64,000 nucleotides of DNA. Origin: Gammaproteobacteria bacterium TMED112 (GTDB taxonomy: Bacteria; Pseudomonadota; Gammaproteobacteria; Magnimaribacterales; TMED112). This document shows, one piece after another, positions 18,940 to 29,735 of the stretch (position 1 is the first letter of the stretch; every line of letters starts with the position of its first letter). The DNA is taken from the NCBI GenBank assembly GCA_002170245.2, contig NHFN02000013.1, forward strand, positions 698 through 64,697. Direction: 5' to 3'. The notes under the pieces are model-generated. The model was not told the DNA's origin. It was given only the letters and a program-made list of their open reading frames with translations, and did not search any database. The position numbers and the translations under genes are program-made.

Positions 18940-20376
18940 AACTAATTTAGTTATTAAATCTTTCCATTTTTTATAATTCTTAGACATAAAAACATGTGCT
19001 GCCTGATCTGGGTTTATTGATACTCTTTTTTGATCTGAAATAAGTTTAAGATCAAATATTTTGCAAGCTACTCCAGCAAGAACAGCAACACCTCGTGCTG
19101 TCGATTCACTATTTTCTGGTAGTGATATTTCAATGTTCAGTAAATTTGCAACTTGCTTAACAAATGTTTTATTGGCGACCATGCCCCCATCAACATTTAA
19201 GGATTCAACTTTAATGCCTGATCGTAATAGGCAATCAATGATATCTTTAGTTTGGTATGTAATAGAATTAAAAGCAGCATTAATCAAATCTGATCTTGAT
19301 GTATCTCTCGTAATGCCATGAAAACTTGCTCGAATTTCTGAATTCCAATAAGGAGCCCCAAGACCTGTAAAGGCTGGTACAAATGCTACATCATGCGCAT
19401 CTCCATTATCATTTAAATAAGCTTCAGATTGATCACTCGTATCAAAGAATTGTAAATTGTCTCTTAACCATTGCACTGTTGTTCCAGAAGCATAAATACT
19501 TCCCTCAATTGCATAGTAAATTTTGCCGTGCAGTGAAAAAGCTACGGTAGTAAGTAAACCGTCATTAGAAAACACAGGTCTGTTTCCTACATTTGCCATA
19601 ATAAAACAACCAGTACCATAAGTACTTTTTAACTGACCTTTCTGAAGACAACCTTGACCAAAGAGGGCAGCTTGTTGATCTCCTAATACTCCATGAATAG
19701 TAATATCTTTAAGTTTTGATAATGAGCCAAAATTAGAATCTGAATGAACCACTTCAGGCAAAAGAGTCTTGGGGATATCAAACAATTCAAGTAGTTCTTC
19801 ATCCCATTCTAGTGTGTTTATATTAAATAACATGGTACGGGATGCGTTAGTGATATCCGTTTTAAAAATCTTCCCTTCTGATAACTTATACATTAGGTAA
19901 GTATCAACAGTACCAAAGCATAATTGACCTGCTTGAGCTTTAGCTCTCGCACCATCGACATTGTCTAATATCCATTTAATTTTTGTAGCAGAAAAATAAG
20001 GATCTATCAAAAGACCAGTCTTTTGTTTAACCATAGATTGATTTTGTTTTATTGCTATTTCTGAGCAGTAAGCAGAAGTTCTTCTATCTTGCCAAACAAT
20101 AGCATTGTAAACTGGCTCATTTGTTTCCTTATCCCATATTATGGTTGTTTCTCTTTGATTGGTGATGCCTCCAAATTTCACATCCTCTAAATCCAATTGA
20201 TTTAATGTAGATGTAACAGACTCATACAAAATATCTGGATCAATTTCTACCCAACCATCGTTCGGAAAAATTAGTGGATATTCTTCTTGAGCTATTTGTT
20301 CAATATCACCATTTTTATTAAAAATTATGCTTCTCGAGCTTGTAGTACCCTGATCAATTGTTAAAATTTTATTCAT
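18931..20376 (-). CDS. glpK: glycerol kinase
   Basis: DQGTTSSR, GDQQAALFGQ, and FGTVDTYL. Length 481 aa. Confidence 0.95.
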   Translation of the reverse strand: MNKILTIDQGTTSSRSIIFNKNGDIEQIAQEEYPLIFPNDGWVEIDPDILYESVTSTLNQLDLEDVKFGGITNQRETTIIWDKETNEPVYNAIVWQDRRTSAYCSEIAIKQNQSMVKQKTGLLIDPYFSATKIKWILDNVDGARAKAQAGQLCFGTVDTYLMYKLSEGKIFKTDITNASRTMLFNINTLEWDEELLELFDIPKTLLPEVVHSDSNFGSLSKLKDITIHGVLGDQQAALFGQGCLQKGQLKSTYGTGCFIMANVGNRPVFSNDGLLTTVAFSLHGKIYYAIEGSIYASGTTVQWLRDNLQFFDTSDQSEAYLNDNGDAHDVAFVPAFTGLGAPYWNSEIRASFHGITRDTSRSDLINAAFNSITYQTKDIIDCLLRSGIKVESLNVDGGMVANKTFVKQVANLLNIEISLPENSESTARGVAVLAGVACKIFDLKLISDQKRVSINPDQAAHVFMSKNYKKWKDLITKLVLE

Positions 20377-20634
20377 ATGAAACTAAAAAATATTCTAACC
20401 TTTTTATTCTCACTTTTTATATTCTTGGGGTGTTCAGCCACAGAGAAAACAGATTTTCTTGAAGAAAGAAATAACAAATTAGATTCTTTAAAGGAAGAAT
20501 GTGACTTTGTGACAGTAGAGTATAGTTTTCCAGATGACATTTATATATGTCATAAAGCACCTAGTCGGATTAAGAGTAACAAGTCCGAAGGCGAAGCAGA
20601 AGAGAGTAATGAGAGTAGCAGTGAAACAGAATAA
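20377..20634 (+). CDS. small lipoprotein with an acidic C-terminal tail, function unknown
   Basis: Signal peptide plus lipobox FLGCS. The C-terminus is SEGEAEESNESSSETE. Confidence 0.5.
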   Translation: MKLKNILTFLFSLFIFLGCSATEKTDFLEERNNKLDSLKEECDFVTVEYSFPDDIYICHKAPSRIKSNKSEGEAEESNESSSETE

Positions 20635-20869
20635 TCACATTACGTTTACCGTTTATTCAAAAAAAAATTGTTCTTTCTGTGATAGAGCAATAATGCTTCT
20701 AGAAGAACGGGCTTATCAAGTAGTTGTAAAGAAAATAGATGAAGACATCTCGCACTTTACAGAAATGCGTGATGTGGCACCATCAATGAGAACTATGCCA
20801 GTAATTTTTAAGGAAGATCAACTAATTGGCGGTTATTCTGATTTAATCAATTCATTAAAAAGTGAATAA
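20609..20869 (+). CDS. glutaredoxin
   Basis: VYSKKNCSFCDRA (CxxC) and TMPVIF...IGGYSDL. The start is moved to the internal ATG at 20609, because the longer ORF from 20534 overlaps the upstream gene. Confidence 0.75.
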   Translation: MRVAVKQNNHITFTVYSKKNCSFCDRAIMLLEERAYQVVVKKIDEDISHFTEMRDVAPSMRTMPVIFKEDQLIGGYSDLINSLKSE

Positions 20870-22253
20870 TTTTATTTTCTATGACACTGAAACTACAGGA
20901 GTAAAAGAATTAGATTTTATACAGGTAATTCAATTTGCTGCAATTCAAACAAACAATAATTTTTCAAAAGTTAATTCATTCAATGAATTATGTAGCCCAT
21001 TGCCTTGGACTTTAGTAACTCCCAAAGCTCTCTCAGTGAATAAAAAAAGAGAAATTTTTCATGCAGATAAAACTCATTATGAACTTATTAAAGAAATTCA
21101 CGGTGTCTGGACGAAATGGACAGAACAAAACCCAGCAATCTTTGTAAGTTATAACGGTATGAGGTTCGATGAAGAGGTCATGAGAAGACAATTCTATTGG
21201 AATTTATTTGATCCGTACTTTACCAATACAAGGGGAAATACTAGGTTAGATTTATTTCTAAAAATGTACGTCATAGCACATTTTTATAAACAAAAATTTC
21301 CAATTCCAGAAATGAATAATCAAATGTCTTTAAAATTGGAAGATCTAGTCTCAAATTTAGATTTTGATACGATAAATGCTCATGACGCCTTGGCTGATTG
21401 TGAATTTTTAATTCATCTAATTAAATTTATTGCACACAGATTACCTTGCTTTTACGAAGAAATTTTAGATACAGTTTCAAAAGATGGATTCTTTAAAAAG
21501 CTAAATTCTAATGAAGTGCATTTTCATTGCTACTTCATACCAAGAAGTAAAACAACTAAAGCCTATCCTTTTACTCCTCTTATAGCAGAATATAATCTCA
21601 GTAAGTACTTACCAATATTCGACTTATCATATGATCCAGATAATTTTATTGATCTTAGCTATACTGAATTAGAACAACTAATTAATAGTAAAAAGAAATC
21701 TCCTTTTAAAAGGTTAGCAATACATAAAACACAACCTACCATTTGCTTAGATACATTAATTCAAGATGGTATTGCTATTGAAAATCCTGATTTTCTTAGA
21801 GATAGAGCAACTAAAATTCAAAGTAATGAATCCTTTATTGAAAGAGTTACAGATATTTTCAACAACAAAGAGTTCACAACCTCGAAAAAAATTAATATTG
21901 AGGAACAAATATATTCAGAAGGATTTCCATCGCCCATAGAAAAAGATAGATTTATTCAATTTCATAATACTCAATCATATGAAGAAAGAGTAAATATAAT
22001 TAAGTCGTTCGATGATCACAGGTATAAAGAATTTGCACACAGAATATGTGCACAAGAACACACTGAAGAAGTGGAGACAAGCATTCTTATTGCTTTAAAA
22101 GAACTAACACGTTCAAGATTTAACGATGAGGGTCCTTGGCCCAATTCTCTACAGAATTTAGAAGAAGGTAAAAGTTTATTACTAGAAGCAAAAGATGAAG
22201 ATGAAAAAGAACTTATAAATCTTGCAATTAATTCTATTAAAAATAGTCAATAA
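20862..22253 (+). CDS. sbcB: exodeoxyribonuclease I
   Basis: FYDTETTG, YNGMRFDEEVMRRQFYWNLFDPY, and NAHDALADC (DEDDh). Length of 463 aa is like E. coli SbcB. Confidence 0.85.
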   Translation: MNNFIFYDTETTGVKELDFIQVIQFAAIQTNNNFSKVNSFNELCSPLPWTLVTPKALSVNKKREIFHADKTHYELIKEIHGVWTKWTEQNPAIFVSYNGMRFDEEVMRRQFYWNLFDPYFTNTRGNTRLDLFLKMYVIAHFYKQKFPIPEMNNQMSLKLEDLVSNLDFDTINAHDALADCEFLIHLIKFIAHRLPCFYEEILDTVSKDGFFKKLNSNEVHFHCYFIPRSKTTKAYPFTPLIAEYNLSKYLPIFDLSYDPDNFIDLSYTELEQLINSKKKSPFKRLAIHKTQPTICLDTLIQDGIAIENPDFLRDRATKIQSNESFIERVTDIFNNKEFTTSKKINIEEQIYSEGFPSPIEKDRFIQFHNTQSYEERVNIIKSFDDHRYKEFAHRICAQEHTEEVETSILIALKELTRSRFNDEGPWPNSLQNLEEGKSLLLEAKDEDEKELINLAINSIKNSQ

Positions 22254-22317
22254 CCATATAACTAGTTACTAAAGGTTTTTTTTATATATACTAAACGCTT
22301 TAATTTTTGGGGTCATA

Positions 22318-24465
22318 TTGAATAAATTATTTCTTTTGCTGATAGTTTCATTTGTTTTAATTGCAGATATAAAATTTGATGGAATTGTTGATGACACTGA
22401 GTGGTCTGATGCTGAAGTATTTGATTTACCCTATGAAATTTCTCCATCCTATAACACTGAAGCTGAACACGAAACTATAGTTTATATTAAGAATGATTCC
22501 TCCAATTTATATGTTGCATTTAAAGCTTTAGGTAACGAAGATTTCATAAGAGCTGGTATTAGAGCTAGAGATGGTATTAATTGGTTAGATGATCAGGTAG
22601 CGATTGGTATTGATACTTTTGGCGATGGAAGGTACTACGTTAGATTTAGTGCAAACCCACTAGGAAGTATTGGCGATAATAAAGTTGACAATAAAGATGA
22701 TTTTGACGGTTCATACAACGTAGAATTTGATGCAAAGGCGAAAATTACTGATTTTGGTTACGAGGTTGAATTCGTTATACCTTTTTCATCATTAAATTTC
22801 CCAGATACTAAGAACCAGCAATTGACTCTTATGTTATCAAGAAAACTTTATAACAAAGGTACAGAAGCAAGATATATGAATTATGCAAAAATTGATGGAG
22901 CAGGCTGCATTATTTGTCAGTCCAATGAATTTTATTCAGTAGGAAATATTGTTAAAAAAAATAAAAAAAGGTTAATACCTTCTTTAACAGCTAATTCAAT
23001 AAGAGAAAGGAATCAAGACGGTGATATGATTGAAGAGCCGGTAGATTCAGAAGTATCGCTAGGTGGAGAATATGAATTTAATGGTAATAATTTTGAATTT
23101 ACTTTTAACCCAGATTTTTCTCAAGTTGAAGCAGATCAAAGCAAAATTGATATTAACTCAACAACAGCTTTAAGGTTCGAAGAAAGAAGAATTTTTTTTA
23201 ATGAAGGTAAAGATTTTTTATCTTCAGACTTAGGCACAGTTTATACCAGATCTATTAATGATCCTGAATATGCTTTAAAACTTTATAATAGAGGCGAAAA
23301 GCATAGCTATTACTTTTTAGATGCCGAGGATACAGCTACACCCATCATTGTGCCTGGCTATCAAAGATCCTATAGCGGTTTGCTTGGCAACAGTCACGCC
23401 AATATATTTAGTTACAACTACAATATTGAAAAAGGCCAAAATATTGGTTTTCTCGCTACGAACAGAGATTTTGAAGAGGGTGGAAAAAGTTCTTTGTTTA
23501 GTTTGAAAGGAAACTTCCTTTTTAATGACATATACCGTACTCAATTTGAATTAATTTCTACACATATGGATGAACCAATAAGTGATGTTATAGATACAAC
23601 TAACACATCTAAAGAACATACTTATAACTTAGATGGAGAGTCATTTTCAGGTTATGGTGGAGCATTTGGTTTATCAAGAGAGACTAAAAAATGGGAAACA
23701 AGATACTATTTTGCAACAAAATCACCAAACTATAGAAGTGATTTAGGTTTTACAACAGAAAATAATTGGAAAAAACATTCAATTAATCACAAATATAAAT
23801 ATCGATCGAATGGAATTATAAGAACTGGAAATATTGAAGTAAGAAAAGATTGGATGTTGGACTACGATGGAAATGTTCTGGATCAAGAAACAGTAATTTC
23901 GACTAGAGCAGAACTTGAAAATCAACTGAATATAAATTTTTCATGGGATAACTCACATAGAGCATCTTACGAAGGCTACACATTTAAGGACATTAAAGAT
24001 TACAACTTTGGCATAAGTTATAGCCCATCAGCAAAATTTTGGATGAGGTTTGGTTATGATTGGGGCGATAGAGTTGCAAGAAATATCAATGTACCAGAAA
24101 TTGGGGATAGGAAAGATTATTCATTTAATTCTAGCATCCAACTTACTAATAAATTTAGATTGCAATATAGATATAGAAAAAATGAACTCACTAATAAGCT
24201 CACTAATGACGATTATTTTTCGGGTTATATAACTTCACTCAGAGGAACTTATCAATTTGATAAGAATTCATTTTTCAAGCTTGTGCATGAGTACAATAAC
24301 TTCAATGATGATTCATACACCCAAGCACTATTTCAATGGCAGCCAGATTCAGCAACAATTTTTTACTTTGGTGGAACCATCAATCAAGAGGATATTGAGG
24401 GTACTTGGGAAGTTGAAGGCAGTCAAATTTATATGAAATTACAATATTTATTTAATTTTGATTGA
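22318..24465 (+). CDS. secreted or outer-membrane protein with an N-terminal CBM9-like domain and a DUF5916-like beta-rich region
   Basis: TTG start preceded by GGGG. Signal peptide. A DGIVDDTEWSDAEVF segment. Long Y/F/N-rich C-terminal part ending in an aromatic-rich tail. Confidence 0.55.
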   Translation: MNKLFLLLIVSFVLIADIKFDGIVDDTEWSDAEVFDLPYEISPSYNTEAEHETIVYIKNDSSNLYVAFKALGNEDFIRAGIRARDGINWLDDQVAIGIDTFGDGRYYVRFSANPLGSIGDNKVDNKDDFDGSYNVEFDAKAKITDFGYEVEFVIPFSSLNFPDTKNQQLTLMLSRKLYNKGTEARYMNYAKIDGAGCIICQSNEFYSVGNIVKKNKKRLIPSLTANSIRERNQDGDMIEEPVDSEVSLGGEYEFNGNNFEFTFNPDFSQVEADQSKIDINSTTALRFEERRIFFNEGKDFLSSDLGTVYTRSINDPEYALKLYNRGEKHSYYFLDAEDTATPIIVPGYQRSYSGLLGNSHANIFSYNYNIEKGQNIGFLATNRDFEEGGKSSLFSLKGNFLFNDIYRTQFELISTHMDEPISDVIDTTNTSKEHTYNLDGESFSGYGGAFGLSRETKKWETRYYFATKSPNYRSDLGFTTENNWKKHSINHKYKYRSNGIIRTGNIEVRKDWMLDYDGNVLDQETVISTRAELENQLNINFSWDNSHRASYEGYTFKDIKDYNFGISYSPSAKFWMRFGYDWGDRVARNINVPEIGDRKDYSFNSSIQLTNKFRLQYRYRKNELTNKLTNDDYFSGYITSLRGTYQFDKNSFFKLVHEYNNFNDDSYTQALFQWQPDSATIFYFGGTINQEDIEGTWEVEGSQIYMKLQYLFNFD

Positions 24466-24506
24466 ATTACATTGTTTTATTACTATACATTTATAGGTAA
24501 AAACTT

Positions 24507-24794
24507 ATGTCAAAAATTACTAAAGAATTATCAAATATTCATGAAATGCTATCAAAAATGCACACGGATTTAGGAATAAAAGATCTTAATCCTACTGAAA
24601 AATTTATATTTCTTAAAATAATTAATGAAATTGAAATCAATAATACATGCACTATGTTAAAGGCAGTTGAGGTTGCAGATAAATCACGTTCTACCGTATA
24701 TAAAACAATTAGAAAGTTAGTGAAAGTCGGTGTTCTCTCAATTGAAAATTCAACTGAAGATAAAAGATCGTTTTTACTAAAACCTCTGATTTAA
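24507..24794 (+). CDS. small winged-helix (MarR-like) DNA-binding protein
   Basis: 95 aa. The SRSTVYKTIRKLVKVGVL segment looks like a recognition helix plus wing. Confidence 0.45.
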   Translation: MSKITKELSNIHEMLSKMHTDLGIKDLNPTEKFIFLKIINEIEINNTCTMLKAVEVADKSRSTVYKTIRKLVKVGVLSIENSTEDKRSFLLKPLI

Positions 24795-24810
24795 ACCTCA
24801 ATTATTCAGA

Positions 24811-25365
24811 ATGAATAAACTCATTGAAATCTCAATTTATACGTTCATATTTCATATCTTATGTTACGTTCTCTGGATGATTATTGTGGTACCAGCAGAG
24901 GGTCCAACAAATGTTGCTGCGCTTGGAAGTCTGGTTTACTTACCGCATGCAGGCAGAGTTTTGCCTGTAATTTTCTTCGGATGGAAAGCTATACCAGCAG
25001 TTCTTGCTGCAGAAATTTTAGAATGGGAAGTTTTATGGCAGGGTGAAGATTTTTACAGAACTGCTATTGCAACCACAATTTCTACCATTGCTGTTTTAGG
25101 AACATGGATAACATTCTACTTGCTAGGTGTAGATTTAAATCAATCAGATGTACTAAAAGCCACAAACTGGAAACACGTTTTCCTATTTATCTTTTTTGCT
25201 TCAGGAGTAAATGGATTAGGAAATGGAGCATGGTACACTTTTGTCTATGGTCTGCCTGACCCACTTATATCGTTACGATTTATGGTTGGAGATGTGGTTG
25301 GAGCCACAATAATGCTAATATTGTTAGTAGTTTTTTATCCTATGTTTAGAAACTTTCAAAAATGA
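24811..25365 (+). CDS. polytopic membrane protein, function unknown
   Basis: 5-6 hydrophobic segments. Its stop overlaps the start of the ABC ATPase. Confidence 0.5.
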   Translation: MNKLIEISIYTFIFHILCYVLWMIIVVPAEGPTNVAALGSLVYLPHAGRVLPVIFFGWKAIPAVLAAEILEWEVLWQGEDFYRTAIATTISTIAVLGTWITFYLLGVDLNQSDVLKATNWKHVFLFIFFASGVNGLGNGAWYTFVYGLPDPLISLRFMVGDVVGATIMLILLVVFYPMFRNFQK

Positions 25366-26120
25366 TCGAAGTAAAAAATTTATCAAAACAATTTAAAGCA
25401 CCAACAGAAGAGAAAGGATTATTTGGTCCAAAGAAGAAACCATTTTGGGCAGTTAAAGATTTAAATTTTCAAATTAAAAAAGGTTCTGTAGCTAGTATTT
25501 TAGGTCCTAATGGGTGTGGTAAGACAACTACATTAAGGATGATTGCTGCTATGTTAACACCTTCTAGAGGTACAGCATTTGTAGACTCTGTTGATGTTAG
25601 AAAAGATAAACAGGTTGTTAAATCAAAAATTGGGTATATGACAAATAATACCTCTTTATATGACAGGTTAAGTGTCATTGAAACAATAAAATTTTTTGCA
25701 GAACTCAATCAAATATCTGCAGATATATATATGCCAAGAGCGGAAAAGTTAATTGAGCAATTAGATATGAAAAAATATTTAAATAAAAGGGTTGCTGATT
25801 TAAGTACTGGAATGAAGCAGAAAACATCTATCGTTAGAACTTTGATTCATGACCCTGATTTAATTGTTTTAGATGAACCTACAACTGGTGTTGATGTTAC
25901 AGGTCAATCTGTAATCATTGATTTAATCAAATCCATTAAAGATTCAGGTAAAACTTTGATATTTTCTACACATCAATTAAACGAGGTAAGGGACATAGCT
26001 GACCATATAATTGTGATGAAAGCAGGTGAGAAGATATTTGACGGAGACAATAGTCAGTTTCAAGAGCTTGATAGTAATAAAAACTTTACTGAGATATTTA
26101 TGGAGTTAGTAAGTGAATAA
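25362..26120 (+). CDS. ABC transporter ATP-binding protein (NatA-like)
   Basis: Walker A GPNGCGKTT, signature LSTGMKQK, and Walker B LIVLDEPTTGVD. Confidence 0.9.
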   Translation: MIEVKNLSKQFKAPTEEKGLFGPKKKPFWAVKDLNFQIKKGSVASILGPNGCGKTTTLRMIAAMLTPSRGTAFVDSVDVRKDKQVVKSKIGYMTNNTSLYDRLSVIETIKFFAELNQISADIYMPRAEKLIEQLDMKKYLNKRVADLSTGMKQKTSIVRTLIHDPDLIVLDEPTTGVDVTGQSVIIDLIKSIKDSGKTLIFSTHQLNEVRDIADHIIVMKAGEKIFDGDNSQFQELDSNKNFTEIFMELVSE

Positions 26121-27321
26121 ATGGCAAGTACTTCTTGTTAAAGAAATAAAACATTTATTTCGAGACACAAAAACTATAGTTCAAACTGTGGTTCTTCCAA
26201 CCTTTATCACACCTTTGCTCATCGGGTTAATCTTTTGGTATGTAGCTGATGTGGCCACGGAAGAATCTAAAAAAACATACAATGTGAGTATTTATTCTCC
26301 TTCAAGCTCAGTTTTAATTGATGAATTAGAGAAATCCGATAGATTAGCTATAACTAATGAAAATTCTGTTAACTCTGTAATAGAAGCTGTAACTGATGAT
26401 AATAGTGAAATTGGATTAGTCTTTGATGAAGGTTTTGCTGATGATTTAATATCAAATACTAGTGCTCAATTAACTATTTATTCCAAAGATATTGATACAT
26501 TTTCTCAAGCACAGTCTCTAGTTATAGATATTGTCGATGATTATGAAGAAAATATAAGAGATAAGCGTTTAGAACTTCTAAATATCGATGAAAATTATGT
26601 AAATCCGATAAGTATTAATGAAGAAAATTTAACAACTGAGGCAGAATCTGCTGGATCAATATTTGGAGCAATACTTGCGCTCTTTTTTGTAATGTATGTA
26701 ATGACTGGTTCTATGTATCCAGCAATCGATTTAGGTGCTGGAGAAAAGGAAAGGGGAACAATGGAGACACTGATATCTACAAATATTTCCTCCGTAGATA
26801 TAATTATTGGAAAAATGTTATCAGTTACATCCTCTGCAATCTTAACTGCTACATTTTCAATGTTAGGATTTGCCATACCACTGGTAGTGATATTTTTATT
26901 CTATGCTGATTCAATCAATGAATATTTCTTTGGACTGTTAAGTGCAATAGTAAACCCTGTAGCCCTTTTGGGTGTGTTTGTGCTTATTATTCCATTAAGT
27001 GTATTTATGGGCGCATTTTTACTCGCTATATCTGTATACGCTAAAACACCAAAAGAAGCAGGATTATTATTAGGGAATGTACTCATTGTTTTCATCGTTC
27101 CTTGTTATGTACCCTTGATTAATCCAGGTCTTGAATTGGATTTTGTAGGAGCGTTAATACCTTGTTATAACCTTGCTTTAATAACTAATAATCTTATTGC
27201 TGGAACAGTAGATTGGTTTCTTTACTCTGTTGCTCTTATCTCAACAATCGTTTACTGCTGTGTCGCTATATATATTACTTACATTATGTTTGATGATGAA
27301 AATGTAATATTTAGAAGCTAA
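26113..27321 (+). CDS. ABC-2 type permease (NatB-like)
   Basis: N-terminal TM, a large extracytoplasmic loop, then 5 C-terminal TMs. It overlaps the ATPase gene. Confidence 0.75.
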   Translation: MNKWQVLLVKEIKHLFRDTKTIVQTVVLPTFITPLLIGLIFWYVADVATEESKKTYNVSIYSPSSSVLIDELEKSDRLAITNENSVNSVIEAVTDDNSEIGLVFDEGFADDLISNTSAQLTIYSKDIDTFSQAQSLVIDIVDDYEENIRDKRLELLNIDENYVNPISINEENLTTEAESAGSIFGAILALFFVMYVMTGSMYPAIDLGAGEKERGTMETLISTNISSVDIIIGKMLSVTSSAILTATFSMLGFAIPLVVIFLFYADSINEYFFGLLSAIVNPVALLGVFVLIIPLSVFMGAFLLAISVYAKTPKEAGLLLGNVLIVFIVPCYVPLINPGLELDFVGALIPCYNLALITNNLIAGTVDWFLYSVALISTIVYCCVAIYITYIMFDDENVIFRS

Positions 27322-27950
27322 TGCAAGTAATCAATACCCCAATATCTCCATATACTCAAAATGCACCTATTGCTTATTGTGTAGAAACAAAGTTTTGTAT
27401 TTTTGTAGATCCAGGTGATGAGATAGAGAAGCTAATTAAGGTTCAACAAGATTTGAGTCTCACTCCAGAATATATTTTTATTACACATGGACATATTGAT
27501 CATGCTGGCGCGGCTAAGGAATTAGCTAATAAGCTTAGCTTAGATATTATCGGTCCTCATATCGATGATGATTTTCTACTTCAAGCACTAGAAATTCAGG
27601 GTCAGATGTATGGTATGAAAGCACAGAATTTTACACCAGATAAATGGCTTAAACACGGAGACTCCATATCATTTGGAAATCAAACGCTAGAGATTAAACA
27701 TTGTCCTGGACATGCCCCTGGTCACGTAATAGGGATAAATCATAAGGCAAAAAAAATTATTGCTGGTGATGTTCTATTTAATGGAAGTATTGGTAGAACA
27801 GATTTACCACAAGGAAATTATCAAGATTTAATCAATTCAATAGAGAACCACCTTTTAGTATTAGATGATTCATATATTGTACATTGCGGGCATGGTCCAG
27901 ATACGTCTATAGGACATGAACGTAAAACAAATCCATTTTTAAATGCTTAA
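27321..27950 (+). CDS. MBL-fold metallo-hydrolase
   Basis: THGHIDH motif plus downstream His and Asp ligands (PGHAPGH, GD). Confidence 0.85.
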   Translation: MQVINTPISPYTQNAPIAYCVETKFCIFVDPGDEIEKLIKVQQDLSLTPEYIFITHGHIDHAGAAKELANKLSLDIIGPHIDDDFLLQALEIQGQMYGMKAQNFTPDKWLKHGDSISFGNQTLEIKHCPGHAPGHVIGINHKAKKIIAGDVLFNGSIGRTDLPQGNYQDLINSIENHLLVLDDSYIVHCGHGPDTSIGHERKTNPFLNA

Positions 27951-28395
27951 TACTGCGACAAAAAAAATCTTTAAAAAAGTTTTAGAGCTGTCTGAACATA
28001 ATTTGACCAATAATAGAATCCCTATAGCTTCAATTATTTATGATTATAAAAATCATCAAATAGTTGCTAAAGCAACAAATACTGATTCTCCTATTGGCCA
28101 TGCAGAGCTGGAAGTCATAAGAGAAGCACTAGAAATAAAAAAATCAAATCGATTAGATGATTGCGATATTTATGTGACTATAGAGCCTTGTTTAATGTGT
28201 GCTACTGCAATCAGCAAATGCCATATGAGAAGAATATATTTTGGAGCTGAAGATAAGAAGGGGGGCGCTATTCTAAATGGACCAAGAATTTTTGAAAGTG
28301 AAAACTTGAAAAAGGTTGAAGTTATCTCACACATTGAAGAAGAAAAAACCAGCAATTTACTTAAAAAATTCTTTAGATCAAAAAGAAATAAATAA
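27943..28395 (+). CDS. tadA: tRNA adenosine(34) deaminase
   Basis: HAELEVI and PCLMCATAI zinc-binding motifs. Length 150 aa. Confidence 0.85.
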   Translation: MLNTATKKIFKKVLELSEHNLTNNRIPIASIIYDYKNHQIVAKATNTDSPIGHAELEVIREALEIKKSNRLDDCDIYVTIEPCLMCATAISKCHMRRIYFGAEDKKGGAILNGPRIFESENLKKVEVISHIEEEKTSNLLKKFFRSKRNK

Positions 28396-28415
28396 AAGGC
28401 AGTTATAATAAATTA

Positions 28416-29735
28416 ATGTCAGACCTAGATCTAATACTTAAGGGGGGTACCGTTTTTCTTCCAGATGGTAGAACGAATACAGATATAGGTATTAAAAACG
28501 GTAAAATAACAAAATTAGAATCATATGCTTCCGCTAAAAAGACTATAGATTGCTCAAATTTATTTATTTTCCCAGGTCTAATGGACACACAATGCCATTT
28601 TAGAGAGCCTGGAGGTGAGCATAAGGAAACGATACAGACTGGGACTATGTCAGCAGCCCTTGGAGGTATAGTTGGAATCTTTGAAATGCCTAATACAAAC
28701 CCACTTACAACAACTCCTGAAGCATTAGACCACAAGATTCAGAGAGGTATTGAAACGTCCTACACAGATTTTGCATATTATTTTGGTGGGACATTTGAAA
28801 ACTCAAAAAACTTACCTATGTGGGAGAACCTTGATGGTGTTTGTGGCATCAAAATCTTTATGGGTGCTAGTACTGGTAATCTGCTCTCTGCTACAGATGA
28901 AGAAGTAGAAGCCGTAGTTAAGAACGGTAATAGAGTTATAGCTGTACATGCTGAAGATGAATTTCTTATGAATGAAAATAAAAAAACTATATTAAAAGAT
29001 AGCACTAATGTTGGTATGCATTGTAAATGGCGTGACGTAAACAGTTCATTGAATGCTACAAAACGTGTTGTCTCAATAGCAAAAAAACATCACAGACATG
29101 TTCATGTTTTACATATTACAACTGCAGATGAAATGGAGTTTTTAAAAGCCAATAAAGATACTGCAACAGTAGAAGTGTTGCCTAATCATTTAACACTGCA
29201 TGCTCCAGATTGTTATGAGGAACTAGGCACACTAGCACAGCAGAATCCTCCAATTAGAGAAAAACATCATCAAGATGCACTATGGAAGGCAATAAATGAC
29301 GGCACAGTAGATATTGTTGCATCTGATCATGCCCCACATACACTTGATGAAAAGTCTGGAACTTATCCTAATACGCCAAGCGGCACTCCAGGCGTGCAAA
29401 CCTTATTACCGGTTATGTTAAATCATGCAGCTAATGAGAAGTTATCTTATGAAAGAATTGTAGAATTAATGGCTTACGGACCAATAAGAGTTCACAAAAT
29501 AAAAAATAAATGTCTCATTGCTGAAGGTTATGACGCTGATTTTACAATTGTAGATCCTAACCTTAGCCATGTTATAACAAACTCTGAGCAAGCATCTAAA
29601 TCAGGATGGACGCCTTATGACGGAAAAAAAGTCAAAGGAATGCCTATTATGACGATTATTCGAGGATCAATTGTGATGAGAGATGGAGAGCTTTTAGATA
29701 AAATTACAGCTAAACCTATTGAATTTAGTATTTAG
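28416..29735 (+). CDS. pyrC: dihydroorotase (long, class I type)
   Basis: [15 protein letters not shown], and ASDHAPH motifs. Confidence 0.8.
   Translation: MSDLDLILKGGTVFLPDGRTNTDIGIKNGKITKLESYASAKKTIDCSNLFIFPGLMDTQCHFREPGGEHKETIQTGTMSAALGGIVGIFEMPNTNPLTTTPEALDHKIQRGIETSYTDFAYYFGGTFENSKNLPMWENLDGVCGIKIFMGASTGNLLSATDEEVEAVVKNGNRVIAVHAEDEFLMNENKKTILKDSTNVGMHCKWRDVNSSLNATKRVVSIAKKHHRHVHVLHITTADEMEFLKANKDTATVEVLPNHLTLHAPDCYEELGTLAQQNPPIREKHHQDALWKAINDGTVDIVASDHAPHTLDEKSGTYPNTPSGTPGVQTLLPVMLNHAANEKLSYERIVELMAYGPIRVHKIKNKCLIAEGYDADFTIVDPNLSHVITNSEQASKSGWTPYDGKKVKGMPIMTIIRGSIVMRDGELLDKITAKPIEFSI

Noticed and set aside
20534-20608. N-terminal extension of the glutaredoxin ORF, overlapping the upstream lipoprotein gene by 100 nt.
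   Set aside because: The extension has no similarity to glutaredoxins. The internal ATG at 20609 gives a normal-length protein with the CxxC motif near the N-terminus.
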